From positions 543,604 to 607,603 of the forward strand of contig JBIJDH010000001.1 of assembly GCA_044344255.1 (NCBI GenBank): a stretch of 64,000 bases of DNA, written 5' to 3'. How positions within the stretch are numbered: the stretch's first letter is position 1; the number at the start of each line of letters is the position of its first letter. The notes beneath the pieces were generated by a model that saw only the letters and a program-made list of their open reading frames with translations, searched no databases and had not been told where the DNA came from. Positions 48,143 to 58,992 of this stretch are shown piece by piece. The stretch is from Myxococcota bacterium (GTDB lineage Bacteria; Myxococcota_A; UBA796; UBA2385). A program made the translations under genes and the position numbers.

Positions 48143-51029
48143 TCACCCCGCCGCCTTCGCCCGCAGCCTCTCCCACAGCCTGAAGTGGTTGAGCAGCATG
48201 TCCTTGATGCCGCGCCGCACCGCCTCGGAGTTGAGCGCCTGGGTGCTCATCAGCGTGTGGGCGTCGAGCGCGTCGATGATCGCGTTCATCAGCTCGGTGT
48301 CGAGGTCGGGAGAGCCGGCGAACTGCTCGGCGCTGTTGTTGCTCGCCTGCTGCGCCAGCAGGGCGGACTCCAGCACCTTGCCGAAGATCACCTGCCCGAC
48401 GAAGATGAGCTGGTCATCGTCGGTGAGCTTCCCGCTGAAGAGCTGGTTCAGCCGCTCGATGATCTCCCGCAAGGCCGCCCTCTCCCGCTCCTGCACGCTG
48501 CCGCTGCCGGCCTCGCTGGGCGGGTCGAGCTTCGGGGCCGCCCCCTCGCCGAGCACCATCGGCGCGGCCCCCTGCCCCTTCAAGTTGTAGTGAGTGAGCC
48601 TCACCTTCGAGAGGTCGATGCCCTCCCGCTCGCGCCCGAATTCCAGCAGCGGGAGCAGCCGCTTGTAGAAGATCCAGCGCTTCTCGATGGTCGAGCTCAA
48701 CGGCGACGACCCGCTCCACCTCGAAGTCGTGGTAATGGCCGGAAGCGTCGAGCTTGGCGCGCAGGTTGAAGACGAGGTGCGGGTCGGTGGTGGCGGAGAG
48801 CTCGGCCGTGCTGTGGTAGGCCTGGAAGGCGGCGAGCACCTCGGCCGGGTCATTGACGAAGTCCACGACGTAGGTGGTGTCCTTGCCGGGGTGCGCGCGG
48901 TTGAGCCGGGAGAGCGTCTGCACCGCCTGGATGCCCGCCAGCCGTTTGTCCACGTACATGCCACAGAGCAGGGGCTGGTCGAAGCCGGTCTGGAACTTGT
49001 TGGCCGCGAGCAGGAGCTGATACTCGCCGCCCTTGAAGGCCTCGCGGATGTCCCGGCCCTTGAGGTTCGGGTTCAGCGACCGGCTGTGCTCGGTGAAGGG
49101 ATCGGGCCCCGACTCCGGGTCGATGACCTCGCCGGAGAAGGCCACGAGCGTCCCGATCGTGTAGCCGCGCTCCCGGATTTAACGGTCCACGGCGAGCTGC
49201 CAGCGCACCGCCTCGAGCCGGCTGCTGACCACCACCATCGCCTTGGCCTGGCGGCTCAGCAGCGGCGCCACGTGGGCGCGGAAGTGCTCGACGACCACCG
49301 CCACCTTCTGGGCGATGTTGTAGGGGTGGAGCTTCACCCACCCGAGGAGCTTCTTGAGCGCGGCGCTCTTCTCCACCTCGGTGTCATCGAGCTCCTGGCC
49401 GTCGTGCGCCAGCTTGTAGGCGAGGCTGTAGGGCGTGTAGTTCTTGAGCACGTCGAGGATGAAGCCCTCCTCGATGGCCTGCCGCATCGAGTAGACGTGA
49501 AAGGGCGCGGGGAGGTTGTCGTCGGCCGGCTTACGCGTGGGGTCGGGGCGGGTGCCGAAGAGCTCCAGGGTCTTGTGCTTGGGCGTGGCGGTGAAAGCCA
49601 CGAAGGTGATCCCCACATCGGCGGCGCGGCTCCTCATCTGGGCGGCGAGCACGTCCTCGGCGCTCACCTCCCCGCCATCGCCGAGCTCGGCGAGCTCGGC
49701 GGCCGTCAGCACCGCCTTCAGCTTGCTGGCGGCCTCGCCGGTCTGCGAGCTGTGCGCCTCGTCGGCGATCACCGCGAAGCGCTTGCCCTGCGCCGCGGCC
49801 AGCTTGCGCACGGCCTCCAAGGCGAAAGGGAAGGTCTGGATCGTGCAGACGATGATCTTCTTGCTGCCGTCGAGCGCGGCGGCCAGCTCGGCGCTCTTGC
49901 TGCCGCCCTCGCCCCGGATCTGCTCGACCACACCCGCGGCGCGCGCGAATCCCTCGAGGGCCTCCTGGAGCTGCGCGTCGATGACGTTGCGGTCAGAGAC
50001 GACCAGCACGGTGTCGAACACCTTCTGGGGCTCGCCGCCCTGCGACGCCGATCGGTGCAGCTCCGCCAGGAAGTGGGCCGTCCAGGCGATCGAGTTGGTC
50101 TTCCCCGAGCCCGCCGAGTGCTGGATGAGGTACTTCGCGCCCGGGCCCTCCGCGAGCACCGCCGCCTGGAGCTTTCGTGTCACGTCGAGCTGATGGAAGC
50201 GGGGGAAGATGATCCGGGCGATCTGCTTCTTGTGGTCACGCTGGGTGACGAGGTAGCGGCCGAGGATCTCGAGCCAGCCCTCGCGCGCCCACACCTGCTC
50301 CCACAGATAGGCGGTGCGGTGCCCTGCGGGGTTGACGGGGTTGCCCGCCGCGCCGTTGTCCCCCTGGTTGAAGGGCAGGAACACGGTGGCCGGCCCGTCG
50401 AGCCGGGTCACCATGTGCACCTCGCGGCTGCTCACGGCGAAGTGCACGAGCGCGCCGCGGGGGAAGGAGAGCAGCGGCTCGGGGGAGTGGCCCTTCGGGT
50501 GCGGGAGCCGGTCGAAGCGGTACTGGTCTATCGCCGCCGTGATGCTCTGGGTGAACTCGGTCTTCAGCTCGACGGTGGCGACTGGGATCCCGTTCAGGAA
50601 CAGCACGAGGTCGATGCTGTTCTCGTTGTGGGTGGAGTAGCGCACCTGCCGGATGACCCGGAGGCGGTTCAGGTTGTAGCGGCCGACGAGCTCGGCGTTG
50701 AAGTCCATCGCCGGCTTGAACTGGGCGAGGCAGAGCGGCTGCTTCAGGCCCAGCAGCTCGACACCGCGGCGCAGCACGTCGAGGGTGCCGCGCTGGTCGA
50801 GCTGATCGCGGAGGCGGTTGAGGAGGGTCTCGGCGGCGCGGGCGCCGTGGTTCTTGGTGAGGGCCTCCCAGGCCTTCGGCTGGGCGCCGTGGACCCAAGC
50901 GAGCACGTCAGCGGGGAAGAGGGCGCGGGCCCGGTCGTAAGCGGCGGCGTCACCCTCGGCGTAGAGCCAGCCGTTCTGGGCGAGGTGGGCGCAGATCTCT
51001 TCTTCGAAGTTGATCTCTCTGTGAATCAT
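48143..51029 (-). pseudogene. hsdR: Type I R-M restriction subunit, inactivated
   Basis: ELK, HSAGSGKT, DEAH, FTATP and TGFD motifs. In-frame TAA at 49179-49181 and a frame change near 48690. Confidence 0.9.
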
Positions 51030-51118
51030 GCGCTCCTCCGCGCAGCGGAGGCGGGCGTTTCGCCGCCGTGAGAACAGATCTTCAACGAGGGGGATGGGGC
51101 GAAACGAGCACCCATCTC

Positions 51119-51344
51119 CACCGCAGAGGACGCAGACGACAGCGGGGAGAAACGACGGGCCCCGTCGAGGCCGGCCGAATCAGGACTCGAGCGCGCCGCG
51201 AGCAAAAGAACCGACCAAAGATCCTCCTCCCGCGCATCGCGGGGGGAGGTGGCGCCGCATCGGCGCCGGAGGGGGGCCGGCGGGCGACCTCGCAATACCG
51301 AACCACTCCCCCTCTCCACCGCTCTCTCCGCGTCCTCTGCGGTG
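51119..51344. repeat. Perfect 15-bp inverted repeats flanking ~196 bp
   Basis: caccgcagaggacgc (51119-51133) and gcgtcctctgcggtg (51330-51344). Confidence 0.7.
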
Positions 51345-51354
51345 AACGCTCTCC

Positions 51355-51667
51355 TCATGCCCGCACCCCCCGGACGTCCATCTGCCCCGTGACGGCGGCA
51401 GAGATCAGCGCGGTGCGCCGCTCCTGGAGGAGGTCGATGGCGCGCTGGGCTTCGGCAGTGAGGGCGTCGAGCTTGGCAGTCCTCCATGCGTCACCACTGG
51501 ATAGCTTCCTTCAGTACGCTCGGCGTCGGTGAGATCGTGTCCACGCTGGAGGGTCGAAAAGCGCTTGATTACCTTGACCGCCCAATGTGCCGGCACCTCC
51601 CCCAGCCACTCCACCCCGCTGTCCTTGTACTTCTGTCCTTGTACTTCGGATACCGCGGCAGGCTCAT
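51355..51667 (-). pseudogene. hsdS: Second hsdS remnant with most of the TRDs deleted
   Basis: MSLPRYPKYKD/SGVEWLGEVP-HW start and [15 protein letters not shown] end; 14-bp tandem duplication at 51619-51646. Confidence 0.85.
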
Positions 51668-52206
51668 GGCTTCTTCCCTTCGATGCGCTGAAAATCCCAG
51701 TTGAAGTCCGACGTTCGACCATACCATGCGTCCTTCCAAGTCCCGAGCACGGTCGGGTATGAGGCAGTCCTCTCCAAAATGGAAACGACTGTCCCAACCA
51801 AGAGGATCAAGGCGCAAGTGAGGTTCACCGGGTGCCTCTTCCCGGAGCGGGCGTGCTCCGCGACGAGCCGGTGCGGTCGGCCACGCCGCAGCAGCCCGAT
51901 GGTCGGCTTGTCATGATTGGCCTTCACCTGGGCGTCGACCGCCGCGATGTCGCAGTGGAGCAGCGGTCTGGAGATCGCCCGCCTCCCTTCGGTTCGAACT
52001 TGTAAGTCCTCCTTACAGGTTGCCTCCGCCTGTCGCTCGCCCTCCGCGTAGCGGGCGCGGAGGTGCTGCGTGATGTTCTGGAGCGTGGTCTGATTGAGTG
52101 TGGCCATCTGCGCCTGGGTGAGCCAGACGCGCTCTTCCTCGAAGCGACACTCCACCCGGGCCAGGCCGTCGGGCGTTTGATAGAGGATGACCTCCGAGCC
52201 GCTCAT
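51664..52206 (-). pseudogene. Chimeric remnant: RhuM-like N-terminus fused to a YhcG/DUF1016-like C-terminal fragment
   Basis: ILYQTPDG...VWLTQAQMA...NITQHL...EATCK...VRTEG, then AVDAQVK..HDKPTIGLL. Confidence 0.6.
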
Positions 52207-52295
52207 CCGCGCGCCCCCTCTCCCCGACAGGCGGAACTGGACGAGCCCGCATCGAGGCGTGGCGCATCTCCTCGGGCAAGCCCGGGGTCACGCCG

Positions 52296-53429
52296 GTGGA
52301 GGTGCGCATCACCGGACCGGACATCCCGATCCTGCGCGCGCTCGCCGAAGAGACGAAGACGGCCCTGCGCGGCGCGCCGCAGACGGGCGACGTGTTCGAC
52401 GACTGGGGCGCCGAGACCCTCAAGGTCTCGATCGACGTGGACGACGTGCGCGCCGACGCGGCGGGCGTGACCCGCGCCGACGTGGCGACCTCGACCCGGC
52501 TCGCCCTGTCGGGCACCCCGATGACCCAGCTCCGCGAGGGTGACCGGCTCGTGGACGTGCTGCTGCGGCTTCGCCCCTCCGAGCGGGCGAGCGCCGGCCA
52601 GGTGCGCGATCTGTACGTCTGGAGCGGCCGCAGCGGGCGCGCTGTCCCACTCGAGCAGGTGGCACGTACGAGCCACCGCATGGAGCCGCAGAAGATCGTC
52701 CGCTACGACCAGGAGCGCACGATCACGGTCGGCGCCATCCCGAAGGACGGCGAGCTGCCGAGCGTGCTGCTCGCGAACGTCCGCTCGAAGATCGCGGAAA
52801 TCCCGATGCCGGCGGGCTACCACGTGGAGTACGGCGGCGAGGAGGAGCAGCAGCAGGCGAAGGCGTTCGCCGCAGTGCAGATCGCGTTGAAGGTGTCGGT
52901 CACGCTGATCTTCCTCGTGCTCGTGTGGCAGTTCGCGAACGTCTTCAAGCCGCTCATCGTGTTCGCGTCGATCCCCTTCGGACTCGTCGGGGCGGTGCTC
53001 GGGCTCACCATCACCAACACCAACTTCGGCTTCATGGCGTTCCTCGGCGTCGCGAGCCTGGTTGGCGTCATCGTCAGCCACATCATCGTATTGTTCGACT
53101 TCATCGAGGAGTCGCGCGAGCACGGCGTGCCGCTGCACCGCGCGGTCATCGACGCGGGGCTGGTCCGCCTGCGGCCAGTCCTGGTGACGGTGCTCGCCAC
53201 GGTGGGTGGACTCGTCCCGCTCGCGCTGGAGGGCGGCCCGATGTGGCGGCAGCTCGTCTACGTGCAGATTGGCGGGCTCCTGCTCGCGACGCTCGTGACG
53301 AAGGGTGTGGTGCCGCTGCTCTACGTCGCGTTCGTCGAGACGTTCAAGCTCGTCCGCTGGGAGCCCGAGGCGCACGACCGTTCCGAGGGCGCACACAACG
53401 CCAACGCACACCCTGAGGTGCATCCATGA
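52296..53429 (+). pseudogene. RND (AcrB/CzcA-like) permease, C-terminal third only
   Basis: GGEEE, IPFGLVG, GVIV-H-IVL-D and RLRPVLVT motifs; only 377 aa with no N-terminal portion. Confidence 0.85.
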
Positions 53430-54034
53430 AGTTGGTCCTGCCTTGGGTCCTCGGTACGGTCGCCGTGCTGTTCGGGCTCCTGACCCTCTACGCCGGCGGC
53501 TCAGTGCTGCTCAACATCGGCTCCGCGCGGGCGGACCACGGCGAGTACGTGCCGTTCGTGCTGTGGTTCAACGTCCTCGCCGGATTCGCGTATGTCGGCG
53601 CGGGGATCGGCCTTGCGCTCCGCCGCCGCTGGGCGGGCCTCGTCGCGGTCGTGATCGCGTCGGGCACCGCGATCACGAGCCTCGCCCTCGGCGGGCACAT
53701 CCTGTCGGGCGGAGCGTTCGAGCGGGAGACCGTCATGGCGATGGGGGTGCGCTTCGTCTTCTGGACCGGCATCTCGACCTTCGCGTTTCTTTCCCACCGC
53801 CGAGGCTCCACAAGCGGAGCCCAACGAGGACCGAGAGGAGGAGCAGGCCGACAGGCAGGGAGACCGCCACCATGTCGAAGCCAGCGAACTCCGCCGCCGC
53901 CACCGCGACGGAGACCGCCACGACCATCCAGCCAAGGATGGTGCTCGCGCGTCGGGACCGTGCGCCGCTCCCCTGTTGCACGCGGGCGGCCAGCCACCCG
54001 TCCAACCCGTCGGAGCACAACATCCCGAGGGTGA
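53426..54034 (+). CDS. Small 4-TM membrane protein, apparently lacking its native stop
   Basis: Hydrophobic for ~120 aa (YVPFVLWFN-LAGFAY), then reads antisense through the NiCoT gene. Confidence 0.6.
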   Translation: MKLVLPWVLGTVAVLFGLLTLYAGGSVLLNIGSARADHGEYVPFVLWFNVLAGFAYVGAGIGLALRRRWAGLVAVVIASGTAITSLALGGHILSGGAFERETVMAMGVRFVFWTGISTFAFLSHRRGSTSGAQRGPRGGAGRQAGRPPPCRSQRTPPPPPRRRPPRPSSQGWCSRVGTVRRSPVARGRPATRPTRRSTTSRG

Positions 54035-54449
54035 ACGAGAGGCCCAGGTAGAGCGCCGGCACCTGCGCGATCAGCGAAAGCGCGGCGAGCTGGCTCGACG
54101 TCTCGAACCCGACCGCGAGCAGCACGCCGAGTAGCAGCGGGCCGTACCGAAGGGGGAGGGTGGGCAGCGCGTGGGCGTGGGGACGGAGGAGCCGCCAGGC
54201 GTTCGCCCCGGCGATCAATAGGAACAACCAGGGCGTTAGGAAGCCGAGGTCGAACTGGCCGGTCACCTGCTGAGCGCCCACCGCCAACACCGTGACGAGC
54301 CCGCCATGGCCCAGCGCGAAGAGCACCCCGTTCCACGCGCTCGGGCGGAGGCGGGAAAGGCCGTCAATCACCGCGAGGTGGTCCGCGTCGAGGCCGTGCC
54401 GGAGGCCGAGCGCCCACACCAAGCCCAGGTTCACGAGCATTCTGGGCAC
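53733..54449 (-). CDS. HoxN/HupN/NixA (NiCoT) family metal transporter
   Basis: GLRHGLDADHLAVID signature and GFETSSQ. Start may be 54440. Confidence 0.85.
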   Translation of the reverse strand: MPRMLVNLGLVWALGLRHGLDADHLAVIDGLSRLRPSAWNGVLFALGHGGLVTVLAVGAQQVTGQFDLGFLTPWLFLLIAGANAWRLLRPHAHALPTLPLRYGPLLLGVLLAVGFETSSQLAALSLIAQVPALYLGLSFTLGMLCSDGLDGWLAARVQQGSGARSRRASTILGWMVVAVSVAVAAAEFAGFDMVAVSLPVGLLLLSVLVGLRLWSLGGGKETRRSRCRSRRRSAPPSP

Positions 54450-54499
54450 CGGGGAGCGGAGAGAGGCATGCTCCGGCGACTAGCGCGCCTGCGACACTA

Positions 54500-54516
54500 A
54501 TGCAACTTAGATGCAT
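54500..54516. promoter_or_regulatory. Palindromic operator ATGCAAC-TTA-GATGCAT (candidate Fur-family box)
   Basis: AT-rich near-perfect palindrome upstream of the NiCoT gene; related sites at 55000-55014 and 55032-55040. Confidence 0.55.
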
Positions 54517-54974
54517 CAGCAATTTTCGGCAGACCCGTGGCAGCGGTCGCAGACGCCGCGGAACTGGATCGCGACCTTTCCTGAGCTCATGGCGATCGGA
54601 AGTTGCCCTTCCGGGAAGGGTAGGCTGATCGGTGGCAGGCAGGCGAGGTCACCGCAGGTCGTGCACAGGAAATGAGGGTGGTCGACCTCCGTGTGAGCCG
54701 CCCCGGCTGGCGCAGACTGTAGTTCAAACCGCCAGAGATGGTCGCCAAGATCGATCCGGCGAAGGAGGCCCGCCTCCGTCAGATCGACGAGGTTTCGGTA
54801 GAGCGTCGCCCGGTCCCAGCCATCAGCAGCCAACGCGGCGTACACCTCGGGGTGGCTGGACGGGGCGGCGTGACCGTGGAGGACGCGCAGCACCGCGACG
54901 CGCGCCGAGGTGGCCCGTAGGCCCGCCGCTCGTAGAGCGTCTCGGATGTCGGCGTCAGAGGGGTCGGTGCCCAT
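54516..54974 (-). CDS. Fur family regulator (Zur-like)
   Basis: GLRAT-AR, ATLYRNL, HPHFLCTTC and C-terminal CDRC. Confidence 0.9.
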   Translation of the reverse strand: MGTDPSDADIRDALRAAGLRATSARVAVLRVLHGHAAPSSHPEVYAALAADGWDRATLYRNLVDLTEAGLLRRIDLGDHLWRFELQSAPAGAAHTEVDHPHFLCTTCGDLACLPPISLPFPEGQLPIAMSSGKVAIQFRGVCDRCHGSAENC

Positions 54975-55066
54975 GAGGGGTGCTCCAGTGGGTTGCTTTC
55001 GCATCATAGTTGTAATATCATACGCAGGCGCAGTTGCATCAACCCCCTTCACGTAGCTGGTTCCCC

Positions 55067-56278
55067 ATGGATCGCCTCCCCGTCACCGTCCTCTCCGGCT
55101 TCCTCGGCGCCGGCAAGACCACGCTCCTCAACCACGTCCTCGCCAACCGCGAGGGTCGACGCGTGGCCGTCATCGTCAACGACATGAGTGAGGTCAACAT
55201 CGACGCCGCGCTCGTAAAGGGCGAGGCGCACCTCGATCGCACCGACGAGAAGCTCGTCGAGATGCAGAACGGCTGCATCTGCTGCACCTTGCGCGAGGAT
55301 CTCCTCATCGAGGTGCGACGCCTCGCCGCCGAGGGGCGGTTCGACTACCTCCTCATCGAGTCCACGGGCATCTCCGAGCCGCTCCCGGTGGCCGAGACCT
55401 TCAGCTTCGTCGACGAGAACGGTGTGTCCCTCGGCGATGTGGCCCGCCTCGACACGATGGTCACGGTCGTGGACGCCCTGAACTTCATGGAGGACTGGCA
55501 GAGCCTCGACGAGGTGCGCGAGCGCGGACAAGCTCTGAGCCCCGAGGACGACCGCAACGTCGTGCGCCTGCTCGTGGAGCAGGTCGAGTTCGCTGATGTG
55601 CTCGTGATCAACAAGGCCGATCTCGTCTCGACCGAGGGTCTCGCGTCGCTCCAGGCGGTGCTGGCCCGCCTCAACCCCCGCGCGCACCAGGTCGTCGGCA
55701 CGCGCGGCGAGGTTCCCCTCGGGGAGATCCTCGACACCGGGCGCTTTGACCTCGACGAGGCCAAGGCGGCACCCGGCTGGATGGCCGTCGCGCGGGGCGA
55801 GGCCCGTAGCGAGGCCGACGAGTACGGGATGAGCTCGTTCGTGTTCCGGGAGCGCCGCCCGTTCCACCCCGATCGGTTCGCCACCTTCATGCGGGAGAAG
55901 AAGGAGGGGGTCGTGCGCTCCAAAGGGTTCTTCTGGCTCGCGAGCCGACCGGAGTGGACGGGCGTGTGGGCGCAGGCGGGGCGGATCACCGAGCTCGGGC
56001 CCGGCGGGATCTGGTGGGCGGCCGTGGATAAGTCCCAATGGCCCGAGGATCCCGAGGAGCGCGCGGAGATCAAGTCCGGCTGGGTGAAGCCCTGGGGGGA
56101 TCGCCGCCAGGAGCTGGTGTTCATCGGGCGCAACATGGATCGGGCGGCCATCGAGGCAGGGCTGAAGACGGCCTTGCTCACCGACGCCGAGGTCGCCCTG
56201 GGGATGCGGAAGTGGCGGAAGTTCACCGATCCCTTCGACGCCTGGGAGATGGGTGAGCCTGAGGCCGACGATGCTTGA
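55067..56278 (+). CDS. COG0523 G3E GTPase metallochaperone (ZigA/YciC-like)
   Basis: [36 protein letters not shown]. Confidence 0.95.
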   Translation: MDRLPVTVLSGFLGAGKTTLLNHVLANREGRRVAVIVNDMSEVNIDAALVKGEAHLDRTDEKLVEMQNGCICCTLREDLLIEVRRLAAEGRFDYLLIESTGISEPLPVAETFSFVDENGVSLGDVARLDTMVTVVDALNFMEDWQSLDEVRERGQALSPEDDRNVVRLLVEQVEFADVLVINKADLVSTEGLASLQAVLARLNPRAHQVVGTRGEVPLGEILDTGRFDLDEAKAAPGWMAVARGEARSEADEYGMSSFVFRERRPFHPDRFATFMREKKEGVVRSKGFFWLASRPEWTGVWAQAGRITELGPGGIWWAAVDKSQWPEDPEERAEIKSGWVKPWGDRRQELVFIGRNMDRAAIEAGLKTALLTDAEVALGMRKWRKFTDPFDAWEMGEPEADDA

Positions 56279-57428
56279 GTGGCTCATCGTGGGTGGCGGC
56301 ATCCACGGGACGCACCTCGCCCATGTCCTGCTGGCGGGCCGCGGCGTCGCGCGCGATCGCCTCGCCGTCCTCGATCCGCATCCTACGCCCCTGCATCGCT
56401 GGCGCGAATGCACCCGCGCCGTCGGCATGCGCTACCTCCGCTCTCCTTCCGTCCACCACATCGGCCTGGACCCCTTCGATCTCGTGGAGTTCGCGCGCGC
56501 GTGGCCGAGAGGCAGGCCGTTCACTCCGCCCTACGATCGCCCCGCGCTGGCGATGTTCGACGCGCACTGCGACACGCTGATCGCCCGCGAAGGGCTCGAC
56601 GCGGTGCGGATCCGCGGGGTCGCGCAGGCGATTTCCGCCGTCCAGGGTGGGTACCGCGTGCAGACCCCTGCGGGCGAGATCGTGACGAGGCGGATCGTCC
56701 TCGCCCTCGGCCTCGGGGAGCAGCCGCTCTGGCCGGGTTGGGCGCTCACCGCGCAGGCGTTCGGGGCCCGGGTGGACCATGTGTTCGAGCCTGGGTTCTC
56801 TCCCGATCAGGTGAGCGACGGGCCCGTGCTCGTCGTCGGCGGCGGGATCAGCGGTGGCCAGCTCGCCGCCTCGCTGGCCACGGCGGGGCGCGAGGTGCGG
56901 CTCTGGATGCGCCACGGGCTCCGCGTGCACCAGTTCGACAGTGACCCTGGGTGGATCGGACCCCGGTACATGGCGGGCTTCGCGAGAGAGGAGAGCGTGC
57001 CGAAGCGCCGCGAGATGATCGCCGCGGCGCGCCACCGTGGGTCCATGCCCCTCGATGTCGCCGATGACCTCGGCACGCACATCAAGGCGGGCCGCGTGAC
57101 GCTGATCGGCGGCGACTTCGAGGCGGCCGACGCGGTCGCGAAGGGCGGGCTCGTCCTGCGCACCTCGACCGGCTCCTGGGGGGCCGCGCACACGGTGCTC
57201 TGCACCGGATTCGCCCCGACCCGGCCCGGCGGCGCGCTCGTAGACGGGCTTGTCGCTGACCTCGGTCTCCGATGTGCGGGCTGCGGTTACCCCATCGCGG
57301 ACGCGACGCTCCAGTGGCGGCCGGGGCTGTTCGTCATGGGGCCGCTGGCCGAGCTGGAGCTGGGGCCAACGGCCCGGAACATCACAGGGGCGCGCGCGGG
57401 CGCGGAGCGGATCGCCCGGGCCGCGTAG
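56271..57428 (+). CDS. FAD/NAD(P)-binding oxidoreductase
   Basis: Two Rossmann motifs GGGIHG and GGGISG; LRSP-VHH; LCTGF; ELGP-ARNI-GAR. Confidence 0.85.
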   Translation: MLEWLIVGGGIHGTHLAHVLLAGRGVARDRLAVLDPHPTPLHRWRECTRAVGMRYLRSPSVHHIGLDPFDLVEFARAWPRGRPFTPPYDRPALAMFDAHCDTLIAREGLDAVRIRGVAQAISAVQGGYRVQTPAGEIVTRRIVLALGLGEQPLWPGWALTAQAFGARVDHVFEPGFSPDQVSDGPVLVVGGGISGGQLAASLATAGREVRLWMRHGLRVHQFDSDPGWIGPRYMAGFAREESVPKRREMIAAARHRGSMPLDVADDLGTHIKAGRVTLIGGDFEAADAVAKGGLVLRTSTGSWGAAHTVLCTGFAPTRPGGALVDGLVADLGLRCAGCGYPIADATLQWRPGLFVMGPLAELELGPTARNITGARAGAERIARAA

Positions 57429-57466
57429 GCCGCCTCCTCACCATTCACCAGGTTGAACAGATGTAC

Positions 57467-57937
57467 ATGAAGCTCTCACACATGATGCTGGCGGCGACGC
57501 TTGGGGGCGGCTGTGTGGCTGCCGAACCCCGGGATGCTGGGCCGGAGGATGACGACGAACACGACCACGACACGGCCTCGGACCCAGTCGACTGGGACGA
57601 TGCACGGACGCTCCTGACGGACGGGGGGACCTTTCAGGTGAGCGTCGTCATCGAGCCGGACCCCGCGGCCGTGGGCCAGCCGACCGATCTCGACATCCTC
57701 GCCATCTACGCGGATGACCCGGAGGCTCATCTCCACGACGTGACGCTCGAAACGAGCTTCGAACACTCAGAATCGGGTGCCGTGCGTGATGATGTGCCCG
57801 TTCGCGACCGGGGGCACGGTGAGTACCGCGTCCGCGACTGGATCTTCGACGTCACGGGCGTCTGGCGACTTGACTTTTGCTTCACCGACGCTGTCGACGA
57901 GGAGTCCGTGTCGTTCGAGCTGTACGTTCAGCCATGA
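57467..57937 (+). CDS. His/Asp-rich lipoprotein with YtkA/FixH-like Ig domain
   Basis: Lipobox-like GGC, DDDEHDHD tract, GEY...F...GVWRL pattern. Confidence 0.65.
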   Translation: MKLSHMMLAATLGGGCVAAEPRDAGPEDDDEHDHDTASDPVDWDDARTLLTDGGTFQVSVVIEPDPAAVGQPTDLDILAIYADDPEAHLHDVTLETSFEHSESGAVRDDVPVRDRGHGEYRVRDWIFDVTGVWRLDFCFTDAVDEESVSFELYVQP

Positions 57938-58992
57938 CGGGGCGCTCTTGGCGGATGGCCGTAGCGTTGTCTCTCTGGGTCACGACGGGTGGTCCTGCGA
58001 CGGCGGTATCTCCTCCGCCAGATTCAGCGCGGGCAGCGGCGCTCTACCAACGCTACTGTGCCTTGTGTCACGGCGGCGACCGGGAGGGGCACGCCGCCGA
58101 CCACGCGCCCTCCCTACGCTCGCCGGAGCTCCTGGGCACGGCATCACCGACGTACCTGTGGAGTGCCGTCGCCTGGGGCCGCCCGGGAACGGCCATGGCG
58201 GCGTTCTCCGACCAGCAGGGTGGGCCTCTTGGGCATGACGACATGCACATCCTCCTCGACTGGCTGGTCGCCGAAGCGGGCGTGGAGCGGCGTGCCCTGC
58301 CGGACACGGCGGTGAACGGGGATGCGGCCCTGGGCGCCGCACTCTACGCCCGCGAATGCGAGAGGTGCCATGGGGCCCAGGGAGAGGGGACTCTCGGTCC
58401 CGCGTTGGGCAACCCGGTCTTCCTGGCTACCGCCTCCGACGCGTTCCTGCGCGACAGCATCGCCCGGGGGCGAACCGGCACACCGATGGCAGCGTTCGGA
58501 GACCGTCTGACGACTGGGGAGTTGGACGCCTTGACGGCGTTCTTGCGGAGCCGGGCTGTGGGATGGGCCGCACCGGTGCCTGTACGTGTGACCCCTCCGC
58601 CGCCGACCGCTGCGGTCCTCAACAAGGGCGGCGCACCCGCGGAGCTCACCCCTCGCGAGGGGCGCTTCGTCGGCGTCGATCAGGTCCGGAGGGCGCTGGC
58701 CGAGGGCCGCCGCATCGTCCTGCTCGACGCGCGTCCCCTCTCGGACTGGCAGCGCGGCCACATTCCCGGCGCTCTCCCCGTACCGTTCTATGACGGCGTG
58801 GGCGCGATCACGCCGCACCTGCCTCGCGATGACACTTGGATCGTCGCCTATTGCGCCTGCCCGCACGCGGCGTCGGGTCGGATCGTCGACGAACTGCGTG
58901 TCCAGGGCTTCGAGCGTGCCGTGGTGCTCGACGAGGGCGTCCTGATCTGGGCCTCGCGCGGGTACCCCATCGCAATCGGAGGCGACCCCTGA
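57934..58992 (+). CDS. Di-heme cytochrome c fused to a rhodanese domain
   Basis: CALCH and CERCH each followed by GRxGTxMAAF; LDAR, GHIPGA, YCACPH. Confidence 0.88.
   Translation: MTGRSWRMAVALSLWVTTGGPATAVSPPPDSARAAALYQRYCALCHGGDREGHAADHAPSLRSPELLGTASPTYLWSAVAWGRPGTAMAAFSDQQGGPLGHDDMHILLDWLVAEAGVERRALPDTAVNGDAALGAALYARECERCHGAQGEGTLGPALGNPVFLATASDAFLRDSIARGRTGTPMAAFGDRLTTGELDALTAFLRSRAVGWAAPVPVRVTPPPPTAAVLNKGGAPAELTPREGRFVGVDQVRRALAEGRRIVLLDARPLSDWQRGHIPGALPVPFYDGVGAITPHLPRDDTWIVAYCACPHAASGRIVDELRVQGFERAVVLDEGVLIWASRGYPIAIGGDP

Noticed and set aside
44852..51029. hsdM/hsdS plus hsdR as one functional type I system
   Set aside because: hsdR is broken, is separated by unrelated genes, and has its own hsdS remnant.
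48687..51071. 794-aa plus-strand ORF and similar long ORFs (13867-16089, 41713-43752, 22734-24392, 34852-36456)
   Set aside because: They are antisense shadows of recognisable genes, expected in high-GC DNA, and carry no family motifs.
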